Positions 44,019 to 46,454 of a DNA stretch of 46,454 bases are shown here, piece by piece. Location: positions 1 through 46,454 of IMG/VR virus record IMGVR_UViG_3300049198_000022; one strand, given 5' to 3'. Below the pieces are notes generated by a model. It ran no database searches, had not been told where the DNA came from, and was given only the letters and a program-made list of their open reading frames with translations. Position 1 is the first letter of the stretch. The number at the start of each line of letters is the position of its first letter. A program made the translations under genes and the position numbers. The DNA is from a virus (taxonomy: Duplodnaviria; Caudoviricetes).

Positions 44019-44651
44019 ATGGGCATTCTTGGCGCACTTTTCGGCGGTAGCAAGAGCAAGTCGGGCAACCAAGCCTACGGAGATCTGAAGGGGTCGCTGA
44101 CCCCTGCGATCTCTGGCGGTATGAACTCCTTCAACAACCTCAACTCGGAGTTGGCGGGCGGCTTTGAGGGGTTCAAGAAGAACGCGGGCTTCGACTTCGC
44201 AATGGGCGAGGGGCTCAAAGGCATCACGGGCGCGGGCGCTGCCCGTGGCACGCTTAACAGCGGCATGACCGGCAAGGCGTACCAGCGGTTCGGCACCGGT
44301 CTCGCGAGCCAGTTCTACGACAACTATCTCAACAAGCTCAAGGACAGCGCGGGCATCGGCCTTGGCGCGGCTGGCACGCTTGCGGGCGCTGGCCAGACCA
44401 GCAGCGGCAAGAGCAACGGCGGCATCCTGACCAGCCTGTTCAGCGACCGCCGCCTGAAGCAGGACATCACGCCGGTCGGCAAGCTGGACAACGGCCTCAC
44501 CGTTTACTCCTACCGCTACGTGGACAGCCCCGTAACGCAGATCGGTCTGATGGCCGACGAAGTGCTGGAAGCCGTCCCCGAAGCGGTCGGTCAGGCTGAA
44601 CTTCCGTCCGGTACGTACTTGACGGTCGATTATGCAAAGGCGGTGAAGTGA
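44019..44651 (+). CDS. Ejection/pilot protein (P22 gp7-like) with C-terminal peptidase S74 domain
   Basis: Gly-rich, AAARGTLNSG.T.KA..RFG.GLASQ; FSDRRLKQDI...IGLMADEV...PEAV...TVDY. Confidence 0.8.
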   Translation: MGILGALFGGSKSKSGNQAYGDLKGSLTPAISGGMNSFNNLNSELAGGFEGFKKNAGFDFAMGEGLKGITGAGAARGTLNSGMTGKAYQRFGTGLASQFYDNYLNKLKDSAGIGLGAAGTLAGAGQTSSGKSNGGILTSLFSDRRLKQDITPVGKLDNGLTVYSYRYVDSPVTQIGLMADEVLEAVPEAVGQAELPSGTYLTVDYAKAVK

Positions 44652-44652
44652 C

Positions 44653-46443
44653 ATGCCCATTGTCGACAACATCATCGGTATCGTTCGCGGTATCAACGAC
44701 CGCAAGAAAGCGGCCCAAGTTCAGGACATCATGGCTGGGAACGGCGACCCGACCCAGAACTACCTGAACAATCCGCAGGCCGTGGCGCAGAACCTTATGT
44801 CCGTGGACGCCTTCGCGGGCATCACGGCGTCGCGTGAGGCGACCGATCGCGCCACGGCACAAGCTAAGGCGCGGCGAGACGCTGCGGCTGCGGACATGGT
44901 CACGCTGGGCAAGCACCTGCGCGGCCTTGACCCGACGAAGACTGACTATCGTCAGGTCGTCGGCACGCTCGCCCCGTACCTCACGGGAACGTTGGGCATG
45001 AAGCAAGAGGACCTTGACGCCTTCGCAACCAGCGTTCAGTCGAACCCCATGCTTCTCCAAGGTATGGACGACGAGGCTTGGAAAGCTATCGCAGCGGATC
45101 GTTACGGCGAGAAGGTGGCCACTCCAGGAAGCTTCATCCGCCGTGGCGGCGAAACGGTTGAGCGCGTGCCGTTTGCCATGAAGGTTGAGAACACGCCGGA
45201 CGGTGCAATCGGGCGAGTGTTCGACCCCAACGTCGGCGAGTTCGTGGATGGTCCGCGTCAGCCCGCGCCCGCCACGGGTGCACCGGCAGGCGCACCGGCC
45301 TCCATGCCCACTAGCGGCTCAGCAGAGTTCTCTGCCGCGTTCGGCACGCCCGCAGCCGCCGCACCGGCCAGCGCGCCGCAGGGCAACTTCACCGTTGAGC
45401 AGCTTCTGCCGCACTTCGTGGGGCAAGAGTCCAGCGACGACTACACCGCGCTCAACCCTGAGTCGGGGGCGATGGGTCGCTACCAGATCATGCCGGAAGT
45501 TGGCCAAGTGTTCGCGCAGCGCCTTGGCTTGGCGTGGCGTCCCGACATGATGACGCAGGATACGCCCGCCGCCCGCCGCTATCAGGACGCCATCGGGCAG
45601 GCGCGCATCCAAGAGTCTATCGACTACGGCAAGGGCAACCTTGACGAGATCACCGGCCACTACTTCGCAGGCACTGACCGTTCTGGCTGGGGACCGAAGA
45701 CCCGTCAGTATCAGCAGGAAATGCGCCAGCGTATCGGCGGTGGCGACGCCAGCATGGCCGGTCAGCCGCAGGCGCAACCGCCGCAGCTCGGCCGGTACAC
45801 CACGATCAACCCCAAGGACCCCACGGCGTCTGACGGCAAGGACTACCGCGTGGCCACCCCCGAAGAAGTCGCGGCTATGGGCTTCGCTCCTGGAACCGTG
45901 GTGCAGATCGATCAGAACAACAAGGCCGACGTTCTGCAGTCGCCGCCTAAGCCAACGCTCACCGGCAAACAGCGCGAGAACGCCACCACGAAGCTGGCCA
46001 GTCTCACCGCTATCGAGACGCAGTTGAACCGTGTGGAAGAGCTGATTCCGGCTTTGGAGAAGGGCGGCTGGACTGGCTACTTGGGCGGTCTGGTTCCCGG
46101 AGCGTTGGACAAAGAGAGCGACGCTTACGACGCGGCACTCGCCACCCTTACTTCGCTGACCCGTCAGCTGACGCGTACTCCGGGCGAAGGCTCGATGTCC
46201 GACTACGAAACCAGACTGGCAGCGGCCATTCCTCCGGGACGCCGCATGGGGCCGGAAGGTCGCGACGAGTCGATCCTCGCTATGCGCGCGCTCATCAAGG
46301 CGACCCGCGACGGCTACCAAGAACTTCTCTCGGACGGAGCTCCGCAGGGGCAACAAGGGCCGAACATCGGCGACGTTATCCGAAACCCAACAACCGGCGA
46401 ACGTCGCCGTTGGGATGGTAAGGAATGGAGGACCATTAAATGA
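44653..46443 (+). CDS. Ejection protein with lytic transglycosylase-like domain
   Basis: QESSDDYTALNPESGAMGRYQIMP...HYFAG...WGPKTRQY. Confidence 0.8.
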   Translation: MPIVDNIIGIVRGINDRKKAAQVQDIMAGNGDPTQNYLNNPQAVAQNLMSVDAFAGITASREATDRATAQAKARRDAAAADMVTLGKHLRGLDPTKTDYRQVVGTLAPYLTGTLGMKQEDLDAFATSVQSNPMLLQGMDDEAWKAIAADRYGEKVATPGSFIRRGGETVERVPFAMKVENTPDGAIGRVFDPNVGEFVDGPRQPAPATGAPAGAPASMPTSGSAEFSAAFGTPAAAAPASAPQGNFTVEQLLPHFVGQESSDDYTALNPESGAMGRYQIMPEVGQVFAQRLGLAWRPDMMTQDTPAARRYQDAIGQARIQESIDYGKGNLDEITGHYFAGTDRSGWGPKTRQYQQEMRQRIGGGDASMAGQPQAQPPQLGRYTTINPKDPTASDGKDYRVATPEEVAAMGFAPGTVVQIDQNNKADVLQSPPKPTLTGKQRENATTKLASLTAIETQLNRVEELIPALEKGGWTGYLGGLVPGALDKESDAYDAALATLTSLTRQLTRTPGEGSMSDYETRLAAAIPPGRRMGPEGRDESILAMRALIKATRDGYQELLSDGAPQGQQGPNIGDVIRNPTTGERRRWDGKEWRTIK

Positions 46444-46454
46444 GCGGCTATAAG
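46440..46454 (+). CDS. Start (MSGYK) of the large ejection protein that continues at the window start
   Basis: GGAGG SD and ATGA overlap with the preceding stop. Confidence 0.6.

Noticed and set aside
1-46454. Stop-codon reassignment, introns or inteins
   Set aside because: Core genes are uninterrupted and of normal length under the standard code, and all three stop codons are used.

Overview
This window is a near-complete, circularly permuted genome of a high-GC dsDNA phage with a short-tailed, P22-like virion. It looks lytic: no integrase or repressor was seen. The host is probably an alphaproteobacterium, inferred from GCTATA-type -10 boxes and GC content. The plus strand (30.7 kb to the end, wrapping to 4.2 kb) carries TerS, TerL, portal, scaffold, capsid, tail proteins, three ejection proteins and a lysis cassette. 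The minus strand (30.0 kb down to 4.2 kb) carries small early genes, a MoxR/CobS AAA+ pair, DenV, primase-helicase, J-domain protein, ligase, SSB-like protein, family A polymerase, nucleases and an SNF2 helicase. It ends in a thymidine hypermodification cluster: TAGT/GREB1-like glycosyltransferase, helical 5hmdU DNA kinase-like protein, radical SAM-SPASM enzyme, dUMP hydroxymethylase, HD hydrolase and DUF3310 kinase. Four signals stand out. (1) The modification cluster does not match the characterised amino-acid-transfer pathways and may glycosylate hmU (base J-like). (2) A 15-bp RNA hairpin in the replication module has a loop antisense to the ribosome-binding sites of three early genes. (3) GA/TC dinucleotides are sharply depleted across the early control region and flip to GA-rich near 30,320. 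(4) Three paralogues share an unrecognised small domain, two with histone-H1-like tails. All family assignments are by-eye motif recognition; no searches were run.
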